Source: Candidatus Heimdallarchaeota archaeon
GTDB lineage: Archaea > Asgardarchaeota > Heimdallarchaeia > Hodarchaeales > Hodarchaeaceae
Length of the DNA stretch: 59,185 nucleotides
Direction: 5' to 3'
NCBI GenBank assembly: GCA_020353515.1
Contig: CP070695.1
Location: forward strand, 1,738,150-1,797,334
Within the stretch, counting starts at the first letter, position 1, and each line of letters begins with the position of its first letter. The notes under the pieces are model-generated. The model was not told the DNA's origin, made no database searches, and saw only the letters and a list, made by a program, of their open reading frames with translations. This document shows, one piece after another, positions 40,452-50,910 of the stretch. The translations under genes were made by a program, and so were the position numbers.

Positions 40452-41246
40452 TCATTTCTGATTCTTTGATAGCCAACTATCGAGATTGTCACTTTTTCCA
40501 TTCAATTGCTGTTCAGTTTGAGCGATACGTCTTTTGGCAATATTATAGATTGGTTCCGAGATTTCAAATCCAATGAAACGCCTATTGTGATGAATGCAGG
40601 ATAATACTACAGAACCACTTCCCATAAATGGTTCAAGAACGAGATCATTCTCCTTACTTCCCATTCGTACGCATTTATCTGTTACTGCTAAAGGTAACCT
40701 TGTTGGAGTTTTTTCACCTCCTTTCTGGTAATCCCTTTTGATAATCCAAACATCTTCAAAATAAAGCTTTCCTGGAGAGCTAGAATACTCAAGTATACGA
40801 TTAAAAGTTCGTAAATTATCATTTTTCTGTGGTAGTTTTGTAAAATATAGAATGTGATAATGACTTGACACAAAACGTTTTTTCGTGAATACTCCAAACT
40901 GATATTTCCAAATTATATGATTAATCAATCGAAAACCTATATTTGATAATGAATTTAGGATATCATTCAAATGATTCCAACCTGAAAAGATGAACCCATT
41001 TGCAGTAGGTTTCATCACCCGCCATGCTGCTCGAAGCCATTGCATTGTAAATTCATAGTAATCTTCTTTCACTTCAGTGTATAATTTTCCTAGTTCTTTT
41101 TGTTTTCGATTATATTGAGAACCCACTTTATCGAAGCTGATTCCAAAAGGTGGATCGGTTAAAAGAAGATCTACCGTTTCTGGCTCTATTTGTTCCATTC
41201 CTTCGATACAATCCAAATTATAGACAGTGTTAATAGGAAGAGCCAT
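40452..41246 (-). CDS. N6/N4 DNA methyltransferase (beta class), orphan
   Basis: DPPF motif IV before the EPFMGSGS motif I, IIWKY. No adjacent endonuclease. Confidence 0.9.
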   Translation of the reverse strand: MALPINTVYNLDCIEGMEQIEPETVDLLLTDPPFGISFDKVGSQYNRKQKELGKLYTEVKEDYYEFTMQWLRAAWRVMKPTANGFIFSGWNHLNDILNSLSNIGFRLINHIIWKYQFGVFTKKRFVSSHYHILYFTKLPQKNDNLRTFNRILEYSSSPGKLYFEDVWIIKRDYQKGGEKTPTRLPLAVTDKCVRMGSKENDLVLEPFMGSGSVVLSCIHHNRRFIGFEISEPIYNIAKRRIAQTEQQLNGKSDNLDSWLSKNQK

Positions 41247-41336
41247 TTTTTTCTACACATCTTACACTAATGCTAGCAAAAATAACCTCTTTCAGCTTTA
41301 TGGAATAACCTTCTCCATATTTATGTAATAGTGATA

Positions 41337-43013
41337 TCACTTTAGACCTATTATCTTTCCATTAGGAAGTAATTCCATGTTCATCGAAGAGGGTTTTGGA
41401 GGTAATCCAGGCATGGTCATAATTTTCCCTGCTATGGCGTAGAGAAATCCTGCTCCAGTAGAAAGACGAATCGATTCAATAGAGAGTTTATGTTTAGATG
41501 GCAATCCAACGACACTAGGATCATCAGTTAAACTCAACTGAGTCTTAGCAATACAGATAGGTAGTTTGTTTTGATCAAGTTCAGTCCAACGATCAATATC
41601 CTTCTCTGCTTTGGGGGACAAATTTACATGCTTTATATTGTATGCTTGCTGCGCAATTTTTTTGATTTTTTCTATAATTGAATCATCAAGGTCATAAGTA
41701 AAATTAATTGGGTTTGGATCCGTTTTTATTGTTTTCATGAGAAGGTTAGCTAATTCAATGCCTCCAACGCCTCCTTCTGAGAAAAAATTTGTAATTGATG
41801 CCCCAAGAGCACCCGCTTCAAAGGCTTCTTCTTTTATTATTTTTAATTCTTCTGGACTATCTTTTTCAAACTTATTTATAGCAACGATTACAGGTACTCC
41901 AAATGAAGCCATATTTTGGATATGATGAGCTAGATTCGCACAACCTCTTCTAAGATCCTTAAGTACTTCCTGTGAACTTGATCCTGTTTCATCAACTTCT
42001 CCCTGCTTCTTAAGAGCACGAACACTGCACACTAATATAACCGCACTGGGATTGACACAACTCGTTCTACATTTTATATTAAAGAATTTCTCCCCACCTA
42101 AATCTGAACCAAAACCAGCCTCAGTTAATACCACATCAAACAATTTTAAAGCGATCTGATCCGCAATTATACTTGAACAGCCATGAGCGATGTTTGCAAA
42201 TGGTCCTGTATGAATAAAACAGGGTATTCCTTCATATGTTTGAACTAAGTTTGGTTTAATAGCTTCTCTTAGAATTAGGGTCATTGCTCCTGCAGCTTTT
42301 AAATCCTCTGCAGTTATTGGGCGTCCACTTTTAGACATTGCAACAATAATTCTTCCCAATCGTGATCGAAGATCAGAGAGATTGCTTGTTAACGCTAATA
42401 TGGCCATGATTTCAGAAGCTGCGGCAATTTCAAAACCTGAATCACGAGGAATTCCATTCTGTGGCCCTCCAAGTCCGATTTTGATGTTTCTAAGCGCCCT
42501 ATCATTCATATCAATGACTCTTTTCCAAAAAATTTGTTGGATGTCTAGTTCAAGTTCATTCCCCTTGAATATATGATTGTCAATCATCGCTGCCAACAAA
42601 TTGTGAGCAGTAGCAACTTTATCTATGTCTCCCGTTAATCCTAAGTTAATTTCAGACATTGGGAGAACTTGAGAGAAACCTCCTCCAGTAGCACCTCCTT
42701 TAATTCCAAATAAAGGGCCCATCGACGGTTGACGGATTACACAACAAGATTTAACACCAATATGAGCCAGAGCTTGAGCGGTTCCAATTGTATGTACAGT
42801 TTTTCCCTCACCATAACGAGTAGGCGTAATTCCAGTCACTAAAACTAGTTTACCATCAGGTATATCTTTCAAGCGATCTAGAATGTTAAGGTTGATTTTA
42901 GAAACGAAATGACCATAAGGTTCGAGTTCGTCAGGAATAATCCCTATTTTTTCCGCAATCTTGCTTATTGGCTGAATTTCTGCTTTTTGAGCAATTTCAA
43001 GGCTTGAAACCAT
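41337..43013 (-). CDS. fhs: Formate--tetrahydrofolate ligase
   Basis: TPTRYGEGKT, GIKGGATGGG, HTGPFANIAHG, TEAGFGSDLG, AKTQ, MPGLP. Start re-called at ATG 43013. Confidence 0.96.
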   Translation of the reverse strand: MVSSLEIAQKAEIQPISKIAEKIGIIPDELEPYGHFVSKINLNILDRLKDIPDGKLVLVTGITPTRYGEGKTVHTIGTAQALAHIGVKSCCVIRQPSMGPLFGIKGGATGGGFSQVLPMSEINLGLTGDIDKVATAHNLLAAMIDNHIFKGNELELDIQQIFWKRVIDMNDRALRNIKIGLGGPQNGIPRDSGFEIAAASEIMAILALTSNLSDLRSRLGRIIVAMSKSGRPITAEDLKAAGAMTLILREAIKPNLVQTYEGIPCFIHTGPFANIAHGCSSIIADQIALKLFDVVLTEAGFGSDLGGEKFFNIKCRTSCVNPSAVILVCSVRALKKQGEVDETGSSSQEVLKDLRRGCANLAHHIQNMASFGVPVIVAINKFEKDSPEELKIIKEEAFEAGALGASITNFFSEGGVGGIELANLLMKTIKTDPNPINFTYDLDDSIIEKIKKIAQQAYNIKHVNLSPKAEKDIDRWTELDQNKLPICIAKTQLSLTDDPSVVGLPSKHKLSIESIRLSTGAGFLYAIAGKIMTMPGLPPKPSSMNMELLPNGKIIGLK

Positions 43014-43029
43014 ATCCCAACACCGTATT

Positions 43030-43869
43030 TCAATTTTGCTTTCGCTCTGATGCAAGCACAGTGTTGTCAAATAATTCCATAACTGTTATTGGACCTATTC
43101 CACCTGGAACAGGGGTAATGAAACTACATTTTTCTTTAACTTTTTTGAAATCGACATCCCCGCAGAGTTTTCCTTTTTCATCACGATTCATGCCTACATC
43201 GATTACGATTGCTTCTTCTTTTACCATGTCAGAGGTGATGATTCTTGCTTTTCCGATTGCAGCAATAAGAATATCTCCTTGTACTGTATATTTTGATAAA
43301 GGTTTGCTACGAGAGTGACATTGTGTTATAGTGGCATTTCGTTGTTCAAGAAATGTTGCTAAGGGGCGGCCCACCAAATTTGATCGACCAACGATAACAG
43401 CGTGTTTCCCCTCTATCTCTATATTGTAATAATTCAGTATCTCAATACATGCTAGAGGTGTACATGGCCAAAAGACATCCTCTACATACCCAAGACGACG
43501 ACGCCCGACATTAATAAAATGTAGTCCATCAACATCTTGGTCTGGACGAATCATACTAATAATTTTTTGAGTACGAATACTTTTGGGGAGTGGTAATTGT
43601 ACTATGATAGCATCGTCATTTTTTAGTTCATTCGAGATGAAGTGTATTAAATCTACCTCTGTTATTTCATTGAACTGGTGAATTTTGGTGTCTATTCCGA
43701 TTTCTTCCCCTTTAAGTTTTTGATTTTTGACATAAACAGTTGAAGCAGGATCTGAACCTACTTGTATTATACTCAAAGTAGGTGGACGTAATAACTTCTC
43801 TACTCTAGTTTTTAATTTTTCTCTCAGAGCTTGTGCGATGATTGTACCATCTAATAATGTTACCATCAA
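43030..43869 (-). CDS. folD: Methylene-THF dehydrogenase/methenyl-THF cyclohydrolase
   Basis: VQLPLP, DVDG, PCTP, GRSNLVGRP, IDVG, TPVPGGIGP. Confidence 0.95.
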   Translation of the reverse strand: MMVTLLDGTIIAQALREKLKTRVEKLLRPPTLSIIQVGSDPASTVYVKNQKLKGEEIGIDTKIHQFNEITEVDLIHFISNELKNDDAIIVQLPLPKSIRTQKIISMIRPDQDVDGLHFINVGRRRLGYVEDVFWPCTPLACIEILNYYNIEIEGKHAVIVGRSNLVGRPLATFLEQRNATITQCHSRSKPLSKYTVQGDILIAAIGKARIITSDMVKEEAIVIDVGMNRDEKGKLCGDVDFKKVKEKCSFITPVPGGIGPITVMELFDNTVLASERKQN

Positions 43870-43921
43870 TGTATCCTCCGATCTATTCTTGAGAAGCGAT
43901 CTTTAGGAAAGATAATTGAAG

Positions 43922-44551
43922 TTATGAGAACTCTGCTTCAACGACTTTAATAATCCTTTCTTTTTTGGAATCAAGCTTTTCTAACATCTCTTCTATATCA
44001 CGTTTGAATTTAGTCTTGATCTCCTCATCTTTAATACTCAACATGTTGATTTTAACGTTGAATATCGCTCCCCTAATGGCAGAATCAGCAAATAATGCGG
44101 CAACACCCGCATCAGTAATTGCATTCTTATTTCCCCTCTCGGCTACAGCCAAAATTAGATCCAATGCCTCAAAGCTTAGCTTTGCTACTTCTAGGGGAAC
44201 TTCTGCAGCTCCTATCGTTGCATTTTGAATAGCTTTTGACCGAACCTCAGGTTTATCTTTTGGCATCCTGTAAGCTTTTAAGATGTCATTGAAAGCATTA
44301 GTGTCTTCATCAACCATTTTATTTAGCTTTTGATGGAGTTCAGTGCCTCTTGAAACCACACCTTCCATTTCTGAATTAACTTCTGCAAATTTTTCTTTTC
44401 CAACAGTCGTCTTTCCCACTAAGACCGCTAAAGCAGCACCCAGTGCGCCTCCCAAAGCAGACACACTTCCACCTCCTGGCGCTGGTTTGTCTGAAGCAAC
44501 TTCTTCAACGAATTCGGTTACTGTAAGGTCAACAAGTTTTTTTTCGGTCAT
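43922..44551 (-). CDS. Formiminotetrahydrofolate cyclodeaminase
   Basis: PAPGGGSVSA, DEDTNAF, VPLEV, GNKNAITD, NVKIN. Confidence 0.92.
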   Translation of the reverse strand: MTEKKLVDLTVTEFVEEVASDKPAPGGGSVSALGGALGAALAVLVGKTTVGKEKFAEVNSEMEGVVSRGTELHQKLNKMVDEDTNAFNDILKAYRMPKDKPEVRSKAIQNATIGAAEVPLEVAKLSFEALDLILAVAERGNKNAITDAGVAALFADSAIRGAIFNVKINMLSIKDEEIKTKFKRDIEEMLEKLDSKKERIIKVVEAEFS

Positions 44552-45549
44552 TTTATCATCAACTCAATTATTTTCCCTTCAGGGATAAACTTCTCAAGAT
44601 CATTAAAACCTAGGTTGTCTATGGCGCTTTTAATCAATTTATCTTCGTTGTCTTCGTCTGGTACATAATATTTTCCAGCCATAAGTATTGCTTCGAGAGG
44701 AATCAACCCAACAATTTCACTTCCAGTCACTTTTACACCTCTTTCAGCGGCTAATTCCTTAATTTTTTCAAACACTTCGTGTGGCTTTGTCAGTTCACGA
44801 TAATTCATTACATTCATCGATATTTGTGTCAATTTGCGATCTGGCCTCTCAAGTGTCACTCCCATACCTTGTATTCCTTTGAATACCCCTGGTTCCCTTA
44901 TTTTTTGGCCATCTTTTTCTACCCACCATCCTGATTCTCTGACAATACGGCCAATTTCTATAGCTATATCCACATCTTCAGAATCAAGGTTTACATTATA
45001 AGCAATAAGGAAATCTCTAGCTCCTATAACATATGCACCTGAACGCTCATTGAACACTGGTTCACCAAAATCAGGTTTCCAATTAGGATCCACAATTTTT
45101 TCAGATAAACCCTCATACTCTCCTTTCCTGATATTGGGCAGTCTTACTCTTTCATCACTAGTAGCAGCTTTTGCATATAAATAAGTAGGCACTTTCAACT
45201 CATTTGCTACTCTTTCAGCAACTTGACGAGCTATTTCTATGCATTCTTCATCTGTGACTCCTTTTACTGGAATGAAAGGGCAAACATCTGCTGCACCTAA
45301 CCTTGGATGTTCACCTTTATGTTCCCTCATGTCAATAAGGTCTGTAGCTTTGGAAATACTATGGAATGCTGCTTCCCCTACGGAATCGGGGGTTCCTACA
45401 AAGGTAACAACGACTCTATTATAATCAACATCTGGATCTATATTTAATAATTTTATATCTGCAACAGCTTCAATCGCGTTCGTAATTGCTTTGATAACAG
45501 TAGGATCAGAAGTAGAAAAATTAGGTACACATTCAACAATTTTATCCAT
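44548..45549 (-). CDS. ftcD: Glutamate formimidoyltransferase
   Basis: ECVPNFS, DYNRVVVT, HKGEHPRLGAADVCPF, IRKGEYEG, GARDFLIAYN, SEIVGL. Confidence 0.94.
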   Translation of the reverse strand: MDKIVECVPNFSTSDPTVIKAITNAIEAVADIKLLNIDPDVDYNRVVVTFVGTPDSVGEAAFHSISKATDLIDMREHKGEHPRLGAADVCPFIPVKGVTDEECIEIARQVAERVANELKVPTYLYAKAATSDERVRLPNIRKGEYEGLSEKIVDPNWKPDFGEPVFNERSGAYVIGARDFLIAYNVNLDSEDVDIAIEIGRIVRESGWWVEKDGQKIREPGVFKGIQGMGVTLERPDRKLTQISMNVMNYRELTKPHEVFEKIKELAAERGVKVTGSEIVGLIPLEAILMAGKYYVPDEDNEDKLIKSAIDNLGFNDLEKFIPEGKIIELMIK

Positions 45550-45793
45550 TTTATAACCTCAAAATTGATTATACCACTAAGAAAATTAAATAATAACCGA
45601 GTCAAAGCAACTTATCAAGTGTTTTTAAAATTCTTGGTTTAAAACTTGATATTACAGTTCTAGAGAATACTTTTCTTATAAAACTCTTTGAAATAACTCA
45701 GATCACCCCTCCTGCGATACTAAAACATTTGAATCTTCTCTTTTCTGAAAGAGCTATATTTTGGAATGTATATATGTTGAATTGATTGTATCT

Positions 45794-45952
45794 TTACGAC
45801 TTTCTTCGTTTCTTTATGTTTTTCAATTCATTCTTTAATTCTCGTTGTCTTTTTAACAATTTATGCCGAGTCTTTATTCCTGTAACTACTTTTAGCTGTC
45901 TGTCAATTTTTGATAACTCTCTTTCAAAGAAAGTTTGTTTTATAGCTTTCAT
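45794..45952 (-). CDS. Small basic protein (52 aa)
   Basis: Not in the track (under 60 aa): MKAIKQTFFERELSKIDRQLKVVTGIKTRHKLLKRQRELKNELKNIKKRRKS. The track shows only its antisense shadow (45786-45974). Confidence 0.5.
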   Translation of the reverse strand: MKAIKQTFFERELSKIDRQLKVVTGIKTRHKLLKRQRELKNELKNIKKRRKS

Positions 45953-46473
45953 TTTCTTAATTTTTTCAAATTAAACTCACAGAGAGGGTGTTTGTGAAAA
46001 CATTATCTAATTTATTCATTAATTAACGCCTTAAAAACATATTATTTTAACCTTTCCTATTTTTTGAATTAACACTTAGGAACCAGATATTATAATGACT
46101 GATCATTAGCATTTTGACTCGGAAGTTAATAATGATTTAATCTGTAATTCTTTGATTTCGAGTAATTCATTTAGCAAATAAAAAATTTTTGTCCATAGAT
46201 TCAATCAATCATAAACTATCACAACACCAAGTAACATTGATTAAACATACTTTTAATTATTAATTAAGTAGTAGGACTGCTAGAATCCTAAAAAAATTGA
46301 GTGATATAATCTTAATTGTCACATCTTCATGTAAATAGGGTCTCAGCGTATCTTTTCCTAATAAAAACCATAGAATTATATAATTAGGCTTATACTTCCG
46401 ATTCTTCTGCATATTTTTGATTAATTATGACACCATTTCACTTTACTTCTCATGTCTTTATTTAACATAAGAA

Positions 46474-46492
46474 GAGTAAAGTTTATATATAA
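46474..46492 (+). promoter_or_regulatory. BRE/TATA promoter of the histone gene
   Basis: Purine-rich GAGTAAAG then TTTATATATAA about 80 bp upstream of the ATG. AGGTGA RBS at 46555-46560. Confidence 0.5.
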
Positions 46493-46566
46493 TGAACATA
46501 CTTCCGCTTACCGTGAGAGTATTAGTACTCTTACAAGAACTTAAAACAGAGAAAAGGTGAAAAAAC

Positions 46567-46791
46567 ATGGTTAAAAAAACAAAAAGAAAAGCAGGTTTTG
46601 CGAGTGCTCGCGTAGAAAAAGTTATTCGTAATGCAGGAGCTTTTCGGGTTTCTGCTGACGCGGTGTATAGATTAAATGAAATCTTAACTGAATATGCGAT
46701 GAATGTAGCTCGTTATGCTGTTGATATAGCGCAACACTCTGGACGGAAAACTGTTCAAGAACCTGACATAAGACTTGCAGCAACGAAATAG
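46567..46791 (+). CDS. Archaeal histone
   Basis: ARVEKVIRNAGAFRVSADA...AQHSGRKTVQEPDIRLA is an HMf-type histone fold. Followed by a T-rich terminator tract. Confidence 0.93.
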   Translation: MVKKTKRKAGFASARVEKVIRNAGAFRVSADAVYRLNEILTEYAMNVARYAVDIAQHSGRKTVQEPDIRLAATK

Positions 46792-46973
46792 TGAAAGGAT
46801 GACCTCTTTTCCCTCTTTTTTTATTTTTAGTACAATTTAACTCGTCAAAAGTAGAGATTTGGTGGGGAAGGAAATGTTCCCGCACCCCTTAGTAGTACAT
46901 ATACACTTTTTAGCAGGGGTCATTTAATTGGCGAAAAATGAGGAAATCCATTTATTCCTAGACAAAAAAAAGA

Positions 46974-47234
46974 ATGAAAAAAGGATTTGTGAACCTGTAC
47001 TGTAATTTTAGAAAAGGAATTGATAAAGAATCCAGAAAAACTTCATACTTAGTTATAACTAAGATTCCCCGCAATGAAAAAGACCGCACTCTCATAATGG
47101 ATCAAGTCTTCACACTATATTCAAGCATTCGAAATATTTCTCCACGATGTGGGAATTTCGAAGCACATTACATGGAATCAGGGAACAAAAGAAGAGAAGA
47201 ATGGGAGTCTATGACTCGAGTACTTACAATGTAA
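46974..47234 (+). CDS. Hypothetical protein
   Basis: 86-aa ORF co-oriented with its neighbours; no motif recognised. Confidence 0.45.
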   Translation: MKKGFVNLYCNFRKGIDKESRKTSYLVITKIPRNEKDRTLIMDQVFTLYSSIRNISPRCGNFEAHYMESGNKRREEWESMTRVLTM

Positions 47235-47307
47235 ATGGATCTGGTTTGAATTATATACACTGTATCTTAATAAAGAAATATGCTCAGTATTAATAAAATG
47301 TGATATT

Positions 47308-47673
47308 ATGGTCAATCTTTTTATTTATGGTTCTTTTATGAAAGGACATGTGAATCATAAACATTTAAAAGGATATTCTTTCGAAAAAGCGATTTTACCT
47401 TGTTACAGACGAAGCTGGCCAAGGTCTAAAGATACTGCGATTCTAATTAAGGATATTAAAAGTTCTGTCAAAGGAGAACTGTATTGGAATGTTACTAATC
47501 AGGATTTAAAGAGAATTGATCGTCTCCATGGAACTCCACATTACTATAAACACAATTTTGTTGAAGTTGTTCTTCTAAAAAATAAAGAACCAGTTTCTGC
47601 ACTAATATATGCTCCAACCCAAGACATTATAGAACAATGGTTGTTGGCAGAGAAAAGAGAACATAAAGCGTAA
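47308..47673 (+). CDS. Gamma-glutamylcyclotransferase (AIG2-like) family protein
   Basis: LFIYGSFMKG..NH, VKGELY, IDRLHG (the usual catalytic E is H here). Confidence 0.82.
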   Translation: MVNLFIYGSFMKGHVNHKHLKGYSFEKAILPCYRRSWPRSKDTAILIKDIKSSVKGELYWNVTNQDLKRIDRLHGTPHYYKHNFVEVVLLKNKEPVSALIYAPTQDIIEQWLLAEKREHKA

Positions 47674-47893
47674 CAGTATAGAGAAGAACTTTCCCTAATA
47701 ATATTATTTTGAATATTTCTTCTACTTTTACATCGCAAAAAATGTTTATCTCATTATTTATTTTGAAATATTAAATGAGCTTCACTATACTATTATTCCT
47801 TGTGTATGTAAATGATTTAAAGGATTAATTTTAAATTTAGAGTCGCTTATCTATCCATAAATCTGAAAGATTTGAGCAAAAGAGGCCACTCAA

Positions 47894-50257
47894 ATGTTAA
47901 AAAGAGATTCGAAGTTTAAAATCATCCTCATAATGACAATATTACTTTATATTCCATCCTCTGTTGAATTAAGAGCAAAAAATTCTTCATTTAACCAACA
48001 GGGAGAATTTGATCCTGAAAAATTACTTCCTAGTACTACTACTCGTTTAACTCAAATCTCATCTAATGCAATACAACAACAAGAAGAGGTTATCGATTTT
48101 TTAATGGATTCTTGGGATATTAATGAAATTCTTAAAGATAATTTAGCAAGTACCGTTGAGATTATATGTCAAGCTGTAACTGCCATACCTTCAGTTCAGA
48201 TTTCCTCAGAAATGACAAACAAAATCCTCTCAGATTTCAACCTTATTCTTACAACAAATCTAACAAATTCTAAAGAAACCTTAAACATAACAAATGAAGG
48301 ACTTTTTTACATTGTGAGAGATGGAGATAGACAGGTTTCCACTAATATGAATCTTTGGATAGCAAAAGCACTATTGACCCTTGATCCTTCCCTTTATACT
48401 TCTTCTATTGAAATGACACAAAATATAATGCAAGCACTTGAGCTTTATCTTCGTGGACAACCGCCTGCAAGCTATTTCCAAAGTTCTATTCTGTTAGATC
48501 CAACAGAAAATCCTATACCCGGATCTATATCTCCAATCGCCCTTTTCCAAGACCAAATAATGGCTATGACAATTTATCATCAGTTATCGTATGAAATATC
48601 TGATGATCAAGTTCTTGAGTATTTTGAAAGGATTTTTCATCTTGAGAACCAAACTATGAATAATAAAGAAGGATTCTTAGATTATAATTTGTCATATACT
48701 CTAGGATTAGAGTTTGGTTTTCTTCATGCTGAAAGAGATCAAGTTCTAGAGAGATTCAATTATCAGAATAACATAAGCTTCTTTTATTTTAGAGACGGCT
48801 TATATTTATTAGAGTACTATTTCAATCAAATAAGAGACTTTAGTACTGAGGCAGATAGAGAGAGATATGATTATTACGACCCTTTTTTCGCTAGTTTGTA
48901 CCTTGACCAATTAATTCGTCTTCTAGCAGACATTCAAGTCCTTTTCCGACACAAAGAGATTCTATATTACGATAGGTTATCAACTTATGATTTTGAAACG
49001 ACTTTACCAATATATCCTGGCAACCGAATATATATCAGTGATCAATTCGCTTTCATTGATTTACTATCCCGAATGGCTAATTGGTATTCCTCATCTAAGT
49101 TATCCATCGATTTTCAGACATTTGGTAAGCAAATACAAAAGCTAGCTATCTTTTTGTGGGATTATCTCACAATTGAAGCTTATAGTACTTCATCAGGCGG
49201 TCGAGCTGCAAGTAATGTGAACACAATATCTGGTCATTTCTATGCGTATTATTCAGTCACTCTTGGTTTGTATCTGTTTGACAATACTTCCCAAGGATCG
49301 CTTATAAAAGCCAATATCTTTGCTCTTAACGGATTAGGAACGATTTTTCCTTTTCAACTGATGATAGAATATGAAACTCCAATAACTAAACGAGACAATC
49401 AAAGTATCCTTATTCAGATTATTCCACTAACTAAAGGAAATTCTTCTGGATTATCTATTAACAGTAAACTTCTATTAAATGTGCCTGCTGAATCAATAAA
49501 CACAATCATAGCTACACCTACAATAACACCTGAAACAAATTATTCTACTCGCTATAATTTTTCAATATCAGAGGAAGGATCCATCACATTCTCTATTCAT
49601 CTTTCTCATCAAAGGGTCGAGTTTTTCAATCTCCAAGCATTCTTCTTAGTTCTCCGCTCTTTAACGATGAAAGTTCTGGTTGATCCGAGCACCCCTACCC
49701 AAGGTGATAAAATCCTCATTCATTTTGAAATCCGTGATAATACAGGCCTCCTTCGCACCAATATTAAGTATTTTGCAATACTCGATTCAGAATCATGGAA
49801 AAAACCTCTGTTGTTAGCTAATCAATCTCTCTATACCCCTACTGGAGAAAATCCAATCATCATTAACTCTAGCCAAACAAAAAGTGATTTAAATTGTTAC
49901 TTTTTAGTACATAAAGACGCTTATTACCCCGTAGAGACTAATGTGACAATCCATTTCCAAACCAAACTAAACTTCTTAGTTGAATGGTTAGCATGGTTAA
50001 TTCTAGAAAGTGACATGGGTGCTTGGTTAGGAACAATAGCTGGTCTCTCTGCCGTACTCTGGGGACTTTACATTAAATTCATCAATCGTCTTTTAAGGAG
50101 AGTAAAGATTTGTCAATATTGCGGAGGTAGATGGAGTACAAAATACCCTGTGTGTCCCCATTGTGGTCGAGTTGTTAATCCAAAAAAAATTAAGAACGAC
50201 TCTCCTCTATTTAAGGAATTAGAAGATAACCAAGAAGAAATAACCTCTGAAGCTTAG
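47894..50257 (+). CDS. Single-pass surface glycoprotein with cytoplasmic zinc ribbon
   Basis: Signal peptide, many NxS/T sequons, beta-rich region, TM (WLGTIAGLSAVLWGLYI), then CQYC...CPHC. Confidence 0.75.
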   Translation: MLKRDSKFKIILIMTILLYIPSSVELRAKNSSFNQQGEFDPEKLLPSTTTRLTQISSNAIQQQEEVIDFLMDSWDINEILKDNLASTVEIICQAVTAIPSVQISSEMTNKILSDFNLILTTNLTNSKETLNITNEGLFYIVRDGDRQVSTNMNLWIAKALLTLDPSLYTSSIEMTQNIMQALELYLRGQPPASYFQSSILLDPTENPIPGSISPIALFQDQIMAMTIYHQLSYEISDDQVLEYFERIFHLENQTMNNKEGFLDYNLSYTLGLEFGFLHAERDQVLERFNYQNNISFFYFRDGLYLLEYYFNQIRDFSTEADRERYDYYDPFFASLYLDQLIRLLADIQVLFRHKEILYYDRLSTYDFETTLPIYPGNRIYISDQFAFIDLLSRMANWYSSSKLSIDFQTFGKQIQKLAIFLWDYLTIEAYSTSSGGRAASNVNTISGHFYAYYSVTLGLYLFDNTSQGSLIKANIFALNGLGTIFPFQLMIEYETPITKRDNQSILIQIIPLTKGNSSGLSINSKLLLNVPAESINTIIATPTITPETNYSTRYNFSISEEGSITFSIHLSHQRVEFFNLQAFFLVLRSLTMKVLVDPSTPTQGDKILIHFEIRDNTGLLRTNIKYFAILDSESWKKPLLLANQSLYTPTGENPIIINSSQTKSDLNCYFLVHKDAYYPVETNVTIHFQTKLNFLVEWLAWLILESDMGAWLGTIAGLSAVLWGLYIKFINRLLRRVKICQYCGGRWSTKYPVCPHCGRVVNPKKIKNDSPLFKELEDNQEEITSEA

Positions 50258-50566
50258 ATTCAATCTTCTGAGGATTTTTCCTAAACAGTCACATATATAT
50301 GTCTGACTCCTTCATCAAAGAAATCATAGAAGTCTGAAAACTTATATATTAGCTCCTATAGAAAATATTAATAGACCTCTTGGCGCCTCGGAGACTGATA
50401 TACCTATAGATCTCTTTTAAGGAGAATTGAGATTTATTTAAGTCTTCTAATGAATCTTCGCATTATTTCCAATTATTTTTCTGTAAAATATCCCCCATCA
50501 TGTTTTAGAGGAATAATGTAATGAATATTAATTGAGCAATACCCACATGCAAGATAACCCCATTTT

Positions 50567-50900
50567 TTGTTTCAGGATGTTCCTCAGCCCAGTAGCTAAT
50601 TAGAAATTTCAACAAAAATCCAAATAAAAATTGTAAAGCTCATTATTGAAAGTATTAGAACGAAAAACTCTGAAGAATTAATGGTTAGAACTATCGAACT
50701 TAATAAATCATCATACCATTCCTTTATCATTGTCGAACCCAATTTTTACATTGATTTTCCAGATTTTTTATGACTATTTAAAGACACTCCATAATTTTTT
50801 TGATCTCGAAAAGCTCGATGATGACAATGAAACTTATTTAAAATACCCTTTTTATGAAAATTACATTTCAATTTGCAGAAGAATGAAAATTTTAGACTGA
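50567..50900 (+). pseudogene. Possible disrupted ORF of unknown family
   Basis: Protein-like reading LFQDVPQPSS*LEISTKIQ...FYIDFPDF, then a shift at the T6 run (50764-50769) to YDYLKTLHNFFDLEK...ILD*. Confidence 0.25.
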
Positions 50901-50910
50901 AAGTGAGAAT

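Noticed and set aside
43014-43070. Fhs N-terminal extension overlapping folD
   Set aside because: Homology starts at MVSSLEIAQ (43013), which has its own RBS-like sequence.
50376-50400. GC-rich patch CTCTTGGCGCCTCGGAGAC as a tRNA or att fragment
   Set aside because: No cloverleaf, T-loop or CCA features, and no integrase nearby.
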